Source: Candidatus Latescibacterota bacterium (GTDB lineage Bacteria; Latescibacterota; UBA2968). Taken from it: a DNA stretch of 64,000 nt. Below are positions 1-7,181 of this stretch, one piece after another; positions within the stretch are counted from its first letter, which is position 1, and each line of letters begins with the position of its first letter. The DNA lies in assembly GCA_965207885.1 (NCBI GenBank), contig OZ242311.1, positions 2,368,001-2,432,000 of the forward strand, in the 5' to 3' direction. Under the pieces are notes generated by a model, which saw nothing but the letters and a program-made list of their open reading frames with translations, did not search any database and was not told the origin of the DNA. A program made the translations under genes and the position numbers.

Positions 1-49
1 CGTTCGTTCACAAGAGAAATACATTCAGGATTCAGGAGGGCAACCGACT

Positions 50-265
50 ATGCCAAAGGGACCAAACGGAGAAAAGCGCCCTGGCGATGTCGTATCTTGT
101 GCTGTAACAGTAGCACGTATTGCAACCGGTGAAATAGAAGATACGAAATACAAACAGCCAGGCAAACGAAAAGGAGGGGTCGCAGGTGGGCGTGCCCGTG
201 CAAAAGCACTCTCGCCAAAGCGACGCAAAGAAATAGCGAAAAAAGCTGCCGCCGCAAGGTGGTAG
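50..265 (+). CDS. small basic protein (KGG...LSPKRRKEIAKKAAAARW), a family often seen next to this IS1-like transposase group; putative nucleic-acid binding
   Basis: 71 aa, K/R-rich; SD GGAGG upstream; followed by a terminator. Confidence 0.8.
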   Translation: MPKGPNGEKRPGDVVSCAVTVARIATGEIEDTKYKQPGKRKGGVAGGRARAKALSPKRRKEIAKKAAAARW

Positions 266-281
266 CTATCAGAGCAAGGAA

Positions 282-313
282 TAAGCCGAGGTCTATACGA
301 TCTCGGCTTTTTT
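282..313 (+). terminator. rho-independent terminator
   Basis: AAGCCGAG-loop-CTCGGCTT followed by a T run. Confidence 0.8.
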
Positions 314-335
314 GTTTTCAAAAACCACTCTATCC

Positions 336-364
336 TTGACAATGGCTTTTTGCAGTGGTACATT
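336..364 (+). promoter_or_regulatory. sigma70-like promoter
   Basis: TTGACA-N17-TACATT. Confidence 0.65.
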
Positions 365-370
365 TCTTAT

Positions 371-515
371 GCTTCAGATTAGTCACACTCAGTAGAGGCC
401 CCGCTTGGTCGGGTAGCCTGCTGAATAGAATAGCCAAATTGTGGAGCGGATTAGCTACCCGTCCCCGGTGAATAGGTAGGGCCCTCCTCGCATCTCTCTG
501 CGTGAGTGTGACTAC
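371..515 (+). ncRNA. candidate structured non-coding RNA (long rod with internal loops)
   Basis: Nested inverted repeats: TAGTCACACTCA 380-391/503-514; GTAGAG 392-397/CTCTGC 496-501; GGCCC 397-401/479-483; CGGGTAGC 410-417/454-461; CTGCT 418-422/AGCGG 445-449. Begins just after a promoter. Confidence 0.5.
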
Positions 516-559
516 TACCCGGCATCCTTGCGCAATCTTTTCCACACACATTCATACAC

Positions 560-662
560 AAAAAAGAGCCGGAAGACTCTGGCGGAGCCTCCCGGCAAAG
601 GCAGACACGCGAACCACCCGTTGAAAGTTTATCGCTGCATCCACCTGATTCGTAAATGAGTG
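560..662 (-). ncRNA. candidate small antisense RNA
   Basis: Minus-strand TTGACA-N17-TACTTT (697-669) and terminator hairpin 568-596 with a U tract (A run 560-565); no ORF. Confidence 0.45.
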
Positions 663-744
663 GATTTCAAAGTAAGTAAAAACCTGCTTTGTGTCAATTC
701 TGTTACAGGTGGATGTGGCGACTCACCACACAGAGGAGGTTTAA

Positions 745-1377
745 ATGTATAGGTTCATTCTTGCTGTTTTGTCGGTACTTGTGTACTCTGCTGGCTCGCC
801 AATGCTCGCTACTGAGCGGCCTTATTTACGGACTGATAGCGGCCAAGCCCGTCAGTTGCGCTATTCGGAGATCTATGCAACGGCCTGGTACGGAACAGAG
901 GGCACCATTAACCTTCATATAATAATGTCATGGACTCCTAGCAATTCCATGACCTTCGTGAAATGGTTAGTAGTCAACGATACGGCTCGGGATCTGTATT
1001 CTGTGACCATTGGAGACAGGGAGTACGAGTGTTCTAATGGAAATGTGATAACCGTCAAGGGGAATTGGTGGACTGATCCCTTGGAGGGCAGAAGGGTAGA
1101 TGACACCGTGGTCATTGGAGGCAGGGAGTACGAATTGCCGCGGGGGTGGATGCGGCGTGTTGGTGGGACCAACCCCGACATCATACTCCACAAGAAGTCT
1201 CCGCGCGGCCAGAAGGAGTGTCCGCGCATCACAAGCATCCGCCTGAAGGGAGACCCTAAATCTCTTGTTAAATACCTCATCAACAAAGGTGACAAAGATG
1301 TGCATGGCTGGGGAGAGGGCGGGCGAGTTGAGGTTTACCGGAAGGTATCCCGTCGCTGGAAATTGGAGATTAAATAG
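745..1377 (+). CDS. secreted hypothetical protein (IS cargo)
   Basis: 210 aa; SD GGAGGT; signal-peptide-like N-terminus MYRFILAVLSVLVYSAG. Confidence 0.75.
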   Translation: MYRFILAVLSVLVYSAGSPMLATERPYLRTDSGQARQLRYSEIYATAWYGTEGTINLHIIMSWTPSNSMTFVKWLVVNDTARDLYSVTIGDREYECSNGNVITVKGNWWTDPLEGRRVDDTVVIGGREYELPRGWMRRVGGTNPDIILHKKSPRGQKECPRITSIRLKGDPKSLVKYLINKGDKDVHGWGEGGRVEVYRKVSRRWKLEIK

Positions 1378-1395
1378 GCCACATAGCTTTAGTCG

Positions 1396-1581
1396 CTATC
1401 GCGGGATCTGATAATCCTCAATGACCGTGATTTCCTCCAAGGTGACGCCTGGTGCTGGTCTGATGGTTTTTACCAATATCTGACGCTTCTTCTGCTGTTC
1501 GGCCCGATTCTGCCTTTCAGGGCAGATTCTGGTGCATAGCACATAATAGCCAAGATACGGGCATTGCTGACACTTTACCAT
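1396..1581 (-). CDS. small Cys-rich hypothetical protein (CxxC...CxxxC, possible Zn binding)
   Basis: 61 aa; SD GAGGAG 9 nt upstream; own promoter at 1769-1741. Confidence 0.6.
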   Translation of the reverse strand: MVKCQQCPYLGYYVLCTRICPERQNRAEQQKKRQILVKTIRPAPGVTLEEITVIEDYQIPR

Positions 1582-1607
1582 GACAGAGGTCTCCTCTAAC
1601 TAAAGAC

Positions 1608-1636
1608 TTGACCTCAGTACACAAATTTAGTATAAT
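1608..1636 (+). promoter_or_regulatory. near-consensus sigma70 promoter (antisense RNA)
   Basis: TTGACC-N17-TATAAT. Confidence 0.7.
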
Positions 1637-1642
1637 CTAAGT

Positions 1643-1691
1643 GTCTGGTGCCAAGGCATTCTTTTGGGGCGTGCTCATAACACGCCCTTTT
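1643..1691 (+). ncRNA. candidate ~50-nt cis-antisense RNA
   Basis: Lies between promoter 1608-1636 and terminator GGGCGTG-CTCATAA-CACGCCC-TTTT; complementary to the 5' UTR of ORF 1396-1581. Confidence 0.55.
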
Positions 1692-1740
1692 CCTTGCCCA
1701 CCTCATTTTCGGCAGGCTCGTTGCGCTCTGCAACTATTCA

Positions 1741-1769
1741 ATATTAACCGTTTTTCCCCACCCTGTCAA
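1741..1769 (-). promoter_or_regulatory. sigma70-like promoter for the 61-aa ORF
   Basis: Minus strand TTGACA-N17-TAATAT. Confidence 0.55.
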
Positions 1770-1797
1770 CCATTCCCACTTAGTTTGACATAAATGC

Positions 1798-1826
1798 TTG
1801 ACAAACAGCACCTTAATCGCTAAATT
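1798..1826 (+). promoter_or_regulatory. transposase promoter (probably leaderless mRNA)
   Basis: TTGACA-N17-TAAATT with the ATG 6 nt after the -10 and no SD. Confidence 0.6.
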
Positions 1827-1832
1827 TAAGGT

Positions 1833-2672
1833 ATGAATAAGTTAAGCAAAAACAAGCGGATACAGATACTTGCGATGTTGTGTGAGGGCATGTCGATGCG
1901 GTCGGTAAGCCGTGTTGTCGGGTGTTCTATCAACTCCGTATTGAAGTTGTTGGTAGATGCAGGACAGGTGTGTGCGTTTTACCATGATGAGCATGTGCGC
2001 GGTATAGAAGCAGCCCATATCCAGTGTGATGAGATATGGGCTTTTTGTTATTGTAAGCAGAAAACGGTAGAAAACGGGAATGTGGATCAATACGGTGCGG
2101 GTGATGTGTGGACGTGGACGGCATTAGAGCGAGACACAAAGTTGATCATTGCCTATGAGGTCGGAGATCGGTCTGCTGTGACCGCAATGGAGTTTATATC
2201 GAATCTCCGTGCGAGATTGGTGACCCGGGTACAATTGACGACGGATGGCCTGAGGGCGTATCTCGAAGCGGTCGAGGGCGCGTTTGGTGATGATATAGAC
2301 TTTGCCCAATTGGTGAAGATTTACGATACTGAGACGAACCAGTTGAAACGTGTGGTGATTGGAAACCCTGTTGAGAGCGATATTTCAACATCCCACGTTG
2401 AGCGTCAGAATCTCAATATGCGAATGGGGATGCGCCGGTTTACGCGACTGACGAATGCGTTTTCAAAGAAGTTGGAAAACCACATTCACATGCTGAGTCT
2501 CTACTTTCTGTATTACAATTTCGTGCGGATGCATTTGACGTTGGAGACAACGCCAGCAGTCGCGGCAGGGTTGGCAGACGAAGCCTACACAATGGGCTGG
2601 ATCGTTGACCTGGTGGATGCTCACGCACCCAAACCCAATCGACCAAAAACGTACCGCAAAATTTCAAACTGA
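1833..2672 (+). CDS. IS1-family DDE transposase (single ORF, N-terminal HTH)
   Basis: HTH (GMSMRSVSRVVGCSINSV), QCDE...TTDG...HVER catalytic triad, MRRFTRLTNAFSKK motif. Confidence 0.9.
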   Translation: MNKLSKNKRIQILAMLCEGMSMRSVSRVVGCSINSVLKLLVDAGQVCAFYHDEHVRGIEAAHIQCDEIWAFCYCKQKTVENGNVDQYGAGDVWTWTALERDTKLIIAYEVGDRSAVTAMEFISNLRARLVTRVQLTTDGLRAYLEAVEGAFGDDIDFAQLVKIYDTETNQLKRVVIGNPVESDISTSHVERQNLNMRMGMRRFTRLTNAFSKKLENHIHMLSLYFLYYNFVRMHLTLETTPAVAAGLADEAYTMGWIVDLVDAHAPKPNRPKTYRKISN

Positions 2673-2681
2673 GACACTACC
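2661..2681 (-). repeat. right terminal inverted repeat of the IS
   Basis: GGTAGTGTCTCAGTTTGAAAT on the minus strand; overlaps the transposase stop. Confidence 0.75.
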
Positions 2682-4191
2682 TATTTTTGACATGCTGAAC
2701 ATACCAGTTTTTGTGGATGCGATCCCACCAGTAGATGTATTTGGACTCGGGTGAAAGGGTGGGACGCGTCTGCATTTTGGTGAGTACGCGCATTGCTTCA
2801 CCGGTTTTTATGTCGATCAAATAGCTGTCGTAATAAGCCGGCGAATCCCACGAAATGAGTTGTCGATAGGGGAGAATCGAATAGCCTATCGCGACATCGG
2901 CATTGCCCTCGCTTCCCAGACGAATATTGGGAATGGTTTCTGTGGCGAGTTGAACGATTTTGCCATTGTTGAGGTGAAAGACGGCGCGATATGTGCGTTC
3001 GCGTTCCTCTTTGGCATCTTTGAGTTGCATGGGTTGGAGATAGGGGTCTTTCCAGTTCCAGATATCGACTGCGACTTTTTCGTCGTCGGGCGTGTCGTCC
3101 TCTGCTTCCACTTCTGGTCTGGAGGCGGTGCCAAAAAAGAGGCGCTTGCCATTTTTGGAAAAGGAGAGGTTGGCGTGTTCGCTGACCCACCAGTTTGGGG
3201 GTATGCCCTTAGTTCCAGATCGGGCGATTTCTTTTGCCTTATTGCGCGAGCCAACGGGCCAGTAATAGAGGGCGTATTCCTGTTGCTCTGCGTTAAAGCT
3301 GTCGCGGTTGGCAATAAATGCGAGATGGAGACTGGATTCGTCGGTGGTGATTTTTTTGTAATCGCCCGCGCCCGTGAGTATGGCTGTGGTGTCGCCCGTG
3401 CTGGTGCGAATGGCGTAGATGCCATCGGCTGTGCTGTCTTTGTTGGCGGCGACAAAAATGAGATACGAACCGCTTTCTGTGAAGGCGTAGGAGATTACGT
3501 GGTTATATCGCGTTTCAGCACTGGTCTGGAGGTTGCGGAGAACGAGTGTGGTGCCTTCGGCTTTTTTGCGTTTTTTCTTTTTGGGATCTTTCGGTTCTTC
3601 TTTTTTGGCTTCTTCAGGTCCTGGCTTTTGCTCGGGCTGTTTTTCGGGTTTGGATGTTTGCTCTTCCTTTTTTTCAGGTTCGGGTGCTTTTTTCTTTTTT
3701 TTCACAGTACTGTCTTTTTTGGCGATTTCTTTTTCCAGCAAATAAGCGACCCATCCTCCGTTTTCTTTGGGTAGTTTGAAGGATTTGACGCGGGTGGCTT
3801 TAAAGATATCTCCCGTGGCGAGGGTGATGATGCCAAGTGAGTCTTTGGGCGATTCTTCGGGTTTTTTCTTGTCGCGTTTTGCCTGTTGTACCGAGTCTTT
3901 GAAGGCTTTGATGAGGGTGACGATATAACGCGAATCTCTGGTGAATCGAATGGCTTCTCCGCGCGGTATCGCATAGGAGCGGTCACCTGTGAGGCTTGCG
4001 ATGCGGAGTTCGGTGTCTTTTTCGTCCGGGCCGATAGAGAGAAAAGCCCATTGTCCGTTGTCGGAAATATTGCTGGCATGCGTGCGATTCCATATGTCGT
4101 ACACATCGTGATCCAGCGGCTTTTTCTGCTGGGCAAAGACGAGTGGAGATATACTCAAGAGTACAGATAGCAGGTATGTAGATAGACGCAT
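2677..4191 (-). pseudogene. S9-family (prolyl oligopeptidase/DPP-like) peptidase, N-terminal half, truncated by the IS
   Basis: Signal peptide, KKPLDHDVYDIW and VDIWNWKDPYLQPMQ propeller-region motifs; no GxSxG catalytic domain; the stop TAG is supplied by the IS end. Confidence 0.8.
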
Positions 4192-4305
4192 AGGTGATCT
4201 CTCAGAAGTAGGTCAAATTTTGGGCGGATCGTTTTGGTCAATATAAGTAGATATACAGCGGTGGGCAAAAGTAAAAGACGCACTGGTGAATCTACAAGAA
4301 GACAC

Positions 4306-4334
4306 TTGCAAAAATGTCGCTTTTAAGCTACATT
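4306..4334 (+). promoter_or_regulatory. TA operon promoter with overlapping operator palindrome
   Basis: TTGCAA-N17-TACATT; palindrome AATGTcGCT-ttta-AGCtACATT; ATG at 4341 near the predicted +1. Confidence 0.6.
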
Positions 4335-4340
4335 CAGTAT

Positions 4341-4675
4341 ATGCAGGAAGCAATCCCCCGACAGATTGAGGAATATATCACTGCTGAAGGCCGAGTCCCC
4401 TTCAGCCAATGGCTCAAGAGTCTGAATGATCGAAAGGCTCACGAATTAGAGTTCGCTTGGACCGCCTCAGCATGGGTAACCTCGGCGATTGTCGCTCCCT
4501 GGGCGGTAGCCTCTATGAACTTCGACTCGACTATGGACCTGGTTACCGCGTCTATTTTGGTGAAGTCCGAGAACGGGTTATTCTACTTTTGGCTGGCGGT
4601 ACTAAAAAATCTCAACAAAGAGATATCGCTCAGGCCAGAAACTTTTGGGCTGACTTCAGGAGGCGAGAGTTATGA
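4341..4675 (+). pseudogene. RelE/HigB-like addiction-module killer protein, frameshifted
   Basis: MQEAIPRQIEEYITAEGRVPFSQWLKSLNDRKA in one frame continues as RIRVRLDRLSMGNLGD...ELRLDYGPGYRVYF in another; shift at ~4440. Confidence 0.8.
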
Positions 4676-4977
4676 GCAAGACATCAAGACCATATAAGCC
4701 GGAACTGCTTAAAGCACTTCAAGACCCTATAGAAGCCGCAGAATATTTGAACGCGGCTCTGGAAGAAGATATGAATGAGTTATTTCTGTTAGCACTCCGA
4801 AATGTTGCAGAAGCTTATGGTATGACTCGGCTCGCTGAGGATGCACAGTTGAACCGTGAATCTATGTATCGCATGTTATCAGAGAAGGGCAATCCGCAGT
4901 TTACCAGCCTGATTTCCATCCTGAGGCAACTTGGCTTGAAACTCTCTGTTCAAGCAAAGGAATCAGTCCCTGTGTAG
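4672..4977 (+). CDS. addiction-module antidote protein (HTH antitoxin)
   Basis: EAAEYLNAALE...GMTRLAEDAQLNRESMYRMLSEKGNP; ATGA overlap with the toxin gene. Confidence 0.9.
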   Translation: MSKTSRPYKPELLKALQDPIEAAEYLNAALEEDMNELFLLALRNVAEAYGMTRLAEDAQLNRESMYRMLSEKGNPQFTSLISILRQLGLKLSVQAKESVPV

Positions 4978-5004
4978 CCCGCTTATCAATCTCCTCATAA
5001 AACA

Positions 5005-5034
5005 TAAAAGCCGACACATAAACGTCGGCTTTTA
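5005..5034. terminator. bidirectional terminator
   Basis: TAAAAGCCGAC-loop-GTCGGCTTTTA between convergent genes. Confidence 0.8.
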
Positions 5035-5059
5035 CTTTTTTGGTCCTTTTGGCGGACAC

Positions 5060-5548
5060 TCAGAAATTTGATTCTACGTGATATTCGGCAGAGTATTCTT
5101 TTAAGTTCTTTTTGATTTGCTGAAATTGCGTGTATGAACATGTGCCCGCTGGAATTTCAATGGGATGTGTGGGTTGGGCTTTCGGAATGATTTCCACGCC
5201 GTTGATTTTGAGGTGCATCGTCTGGATTTCATCCCAGGATATTTTTTTAGCCTGCCCGCGTCGTTTGGCTTTAATTTCCAGGCCTTCATTGCTGAATACT
5301 ACATAAGATCGTCCATATTTTTTGCTGAGATAGAGTTCAACGAGCATCACAGTGATTAGCGCAACACCGCAGAATATCTGAATTATGCCGCCTATCCACT
5401 TTGTGGAACCATATATGTGAGAAAGTGCTTGCCAGCCCTGGTAGATACTGCTGATTGCGAACAAACAGAATGCTGATATCCACACACCCCACAGGCCCTT
5501 CATTCGGCGGGGGTCTTCTACGTCAAAGTAAATTGTAAAAGTATCCAT
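5060..5548 (-). CDS. hypothetical membrane protein (2 TM plus a PH-like C-terminus)
   Basis: Two hydrophobic segments followed by an ISWDEI motif; SD GGAG. Confidence 0.7.
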   Translation of the reverse strand: MDTFTIYFDVEDPRRMKGLWGVWISAFCLFAISSIYQGWQALSHIYGSTKWIGGIIQIFCGVALITVMLVELYLSKKYGRSYVVFSNEGLEIKAKRRGQAKKISWDEIQTMHLKINGVEIIPKAQPTHPIEIPAGTCSYTQFQQIKKNLKEYSAEYHVESNF

Positions 5549-5577
5549 GCATCATTCTCCAAAGTTTTGCCTGTGAC

Positions 5578-5835
5578 TTATCTCTCAGTCTCATCCTTTG
5601 AAACCTCACCCTGATCATCCTCTGAAATATGGCGGATTTCTCCAGCGCGTTGCTGTACAACTTCTTGTGCTGCGCGTTTTTTGTCCTCGTTGAGCATGAG
5701 GTCTGTTGCGCCGAGCATTGTGGTAGCCGATCCGCCTGCACCTTTGCGACTGCCTTTCACAAGCGCGTAAATTGCATAGCCGATGACGAGAATTAGAATA
5801 AGTGTAAGGATGGCGACACCTATGAGATGTTCCAT
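5578..5835 (-). CDS. small single-pass membrane protein
   Basis: 85 aa, N-terminal TM; abuts the natB stop. Confidence 0.7.
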   Translation of the reverse strand: MEHLIGVAILTLILILVIGYAIYALVKGSRKGAGGSATTMLGATDLMLNEDKKRAAQEVVQQRAGEIRHISEDDQGEVSKDETER

Positions 5836-7032
5836 TTAAGTCTCCCGAAAGATCGTGCTTTCGCGTTCAAACCATCTGGCGCAGCCGTAGAGGCTGAGGG
5901 CTGCAAGGGCGATGAGTGAGGCATAGACTTCGAACAATAGGGGCAGTTTGATGGTTCCCGCGAAAATTTCTTTGGAGGCAAGCGAGACATTTAAGACCGG
6001 TATGAGCGATGTGATGGCATTGAGTTCGATGCCGGGTAAGAGGCCGATAAATACGGGAATAATAATGATGATGTTGAGGGGCGCCATAATGCTCTGCGCT
6101 TCTTTGAAAGATTTGGCAAAGATGGAGACAGACATTAAAGCGGCGGCAAAAAAGATGGTTAAGGGCAGGCACAGAGAAAGGACCAGGAGGATGGACGATA
6201 TTTCGAACATGCCCTGTAGCGCGTCGAGGATTCTTGCGACAATTTCTCGTTGTAACATAACGGCTATAAAAAAACCGATAAAACTGTTGGCGATTGACGC
6301 AAATCCCGATAGGACAATCACACCACATTTGCCCAGCAAGATCTGAATTTTGCTGACGGGAGCGACGAGCAGTGTTTCGAGGGTGGCGCGTTCTTTTTCT
6401 CCCGCACCCAGATCAAGGGCTGGATACATACAACCCATAAAACACATTAAGACAAAAATATAAGGCAAAAAACCGCCCACGCTTTTTCCGATTCTTTCCC
6501 GTTGAGAAGCAATGTCGTGGCGTCTGACCTGCACGGGATCCACAATTGTGCGGTCGAGGGCAAGCCGTTGAAATCGGTCATTGACGATCTGGTTTTCGTA
6601 GTCTCGAATTAGACTTGTCAGGCGATTGCGGGATGCGTCCATATCTCTGGAGGATTTGAAATAGAGATGGATTTGACCGCGTTGTAAGTCGGTGATTTGG
6701 GCATCGAATTGCTCGTCAACGCGAATGGCTGCATCTATGCTGTCTGATCGGATGAGCTGAGGGATTATGTCTTCTGTGATGTCTTCTCGAATCTTCAGGT
6801 CGTCGCGCTTGAGCAGGGTTTCGCGGAATGCCTCTGCATTGCCATTGGTGATCAGAGCAACTTCAAGTGTTTTGGTTCTGACTTTTTGGGCCTGACGAGT
6901 AGTAAAAACGGCTGCAATTGTGAATAACAGCGGGAATAACAGCATTGGTATGATAAACATCATCATCATCGAACGCCGGTCGCGCGTGATGTCCTTAAAT
7001 TCTTTTTTGAAGATGGTGAGGATTGTTTTCAT
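5836..7032 (-). CDS. natB: ABC-2 type permease, NatB-like
   Basis: IFKKEFKDITRDRR, AGEKERATLETLLVAP. Confidence 0.85.
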   Translation of the reverse strand: MKTILTIFKKEFKDITRDRRSMMMMFIIPMLLFPLLFTIAAVFTTRQAQKVRTKTLEVALITNGNAEAFRETLLKRDDLKIREDITEDIIPQLIRSDSIDAAIRVDEQFDAQITDLQRGQIHLYFKSSRDMDASRNRLTSLIRDYENQIVNDRFQRLALDRTIVDPVQVRRHDIASQRERIGKSVGGFLPYIFVLMCFMGCMYPALDLGAGEKERATLETLLVAPVSKIQILLGKCGVIVLSGFASIANSFIGFFIAVMLQREIVARILDALQGMFEISSILLVLSLCLPLTIFFAAALMSVSIFAKSFKEAQSIMAPLNIIIIIPVFIGLLPGIELNAITSLIPVLNVSLASKEIFAGTIKLPLLFEVYASLIALAALSLYGCARWFERESTIFRET

Positions 7033-7078
7033 GGGGACCTCTTATTGGTCGGTCAAATAAGTTTCGTGCCTAAATCCA

Positions 7079-7153
7079 CTGGACGCCTGCTTAAGGCCTG
7101 CAGGCGTGACGAACGGTAGGTGTCATTGCGGCATGGTGTTAGCCGCAATCCAG
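7079..7153. repeat. inverted pair of REP-like palindromes
   Basis: Two GTCA-stem-loop-TCCAG units in opposite orientation: 7079-7110 (minus) and 7122-7153 (plus). Confidence 0.6.
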
Positions 7154-7181
7154 AGGTTTTGGGTGGTTGGGCTGGGTTCGT

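Larger units (their letters stand above)
1..2681 (+). mobile_element. IS1-family element with passenger genes; right end at 2681, left end outside the window
   Basis: DDE transposase 1833-2672 runs into an IS1-type terminus (reverse complement GGTAGTGTCTCAGTTTGAAAT, 2661-2681). The flanking host gene is cut exactly there and does not resume within the window. Confidence 0.75.

Noticed and set aside
371-515. Retron msr-msd or 6S RNA interpretation of the hairpin
   Set aside because: No reverse transcriptase in the window, and no large symmetric central bubble or 6S consensus recognised.
330-551. 73-aa minus-strand ORF
   Set aside because: No SD or recognisable motif; it overlaps the promoter and structured RNA candidate, and starts just past a minus-strand terminator.
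4314-4697. 127-aa and 72-aa ORFs as separate genes
   Set aside because: They are the two frames of one frameshifted toxin gene.
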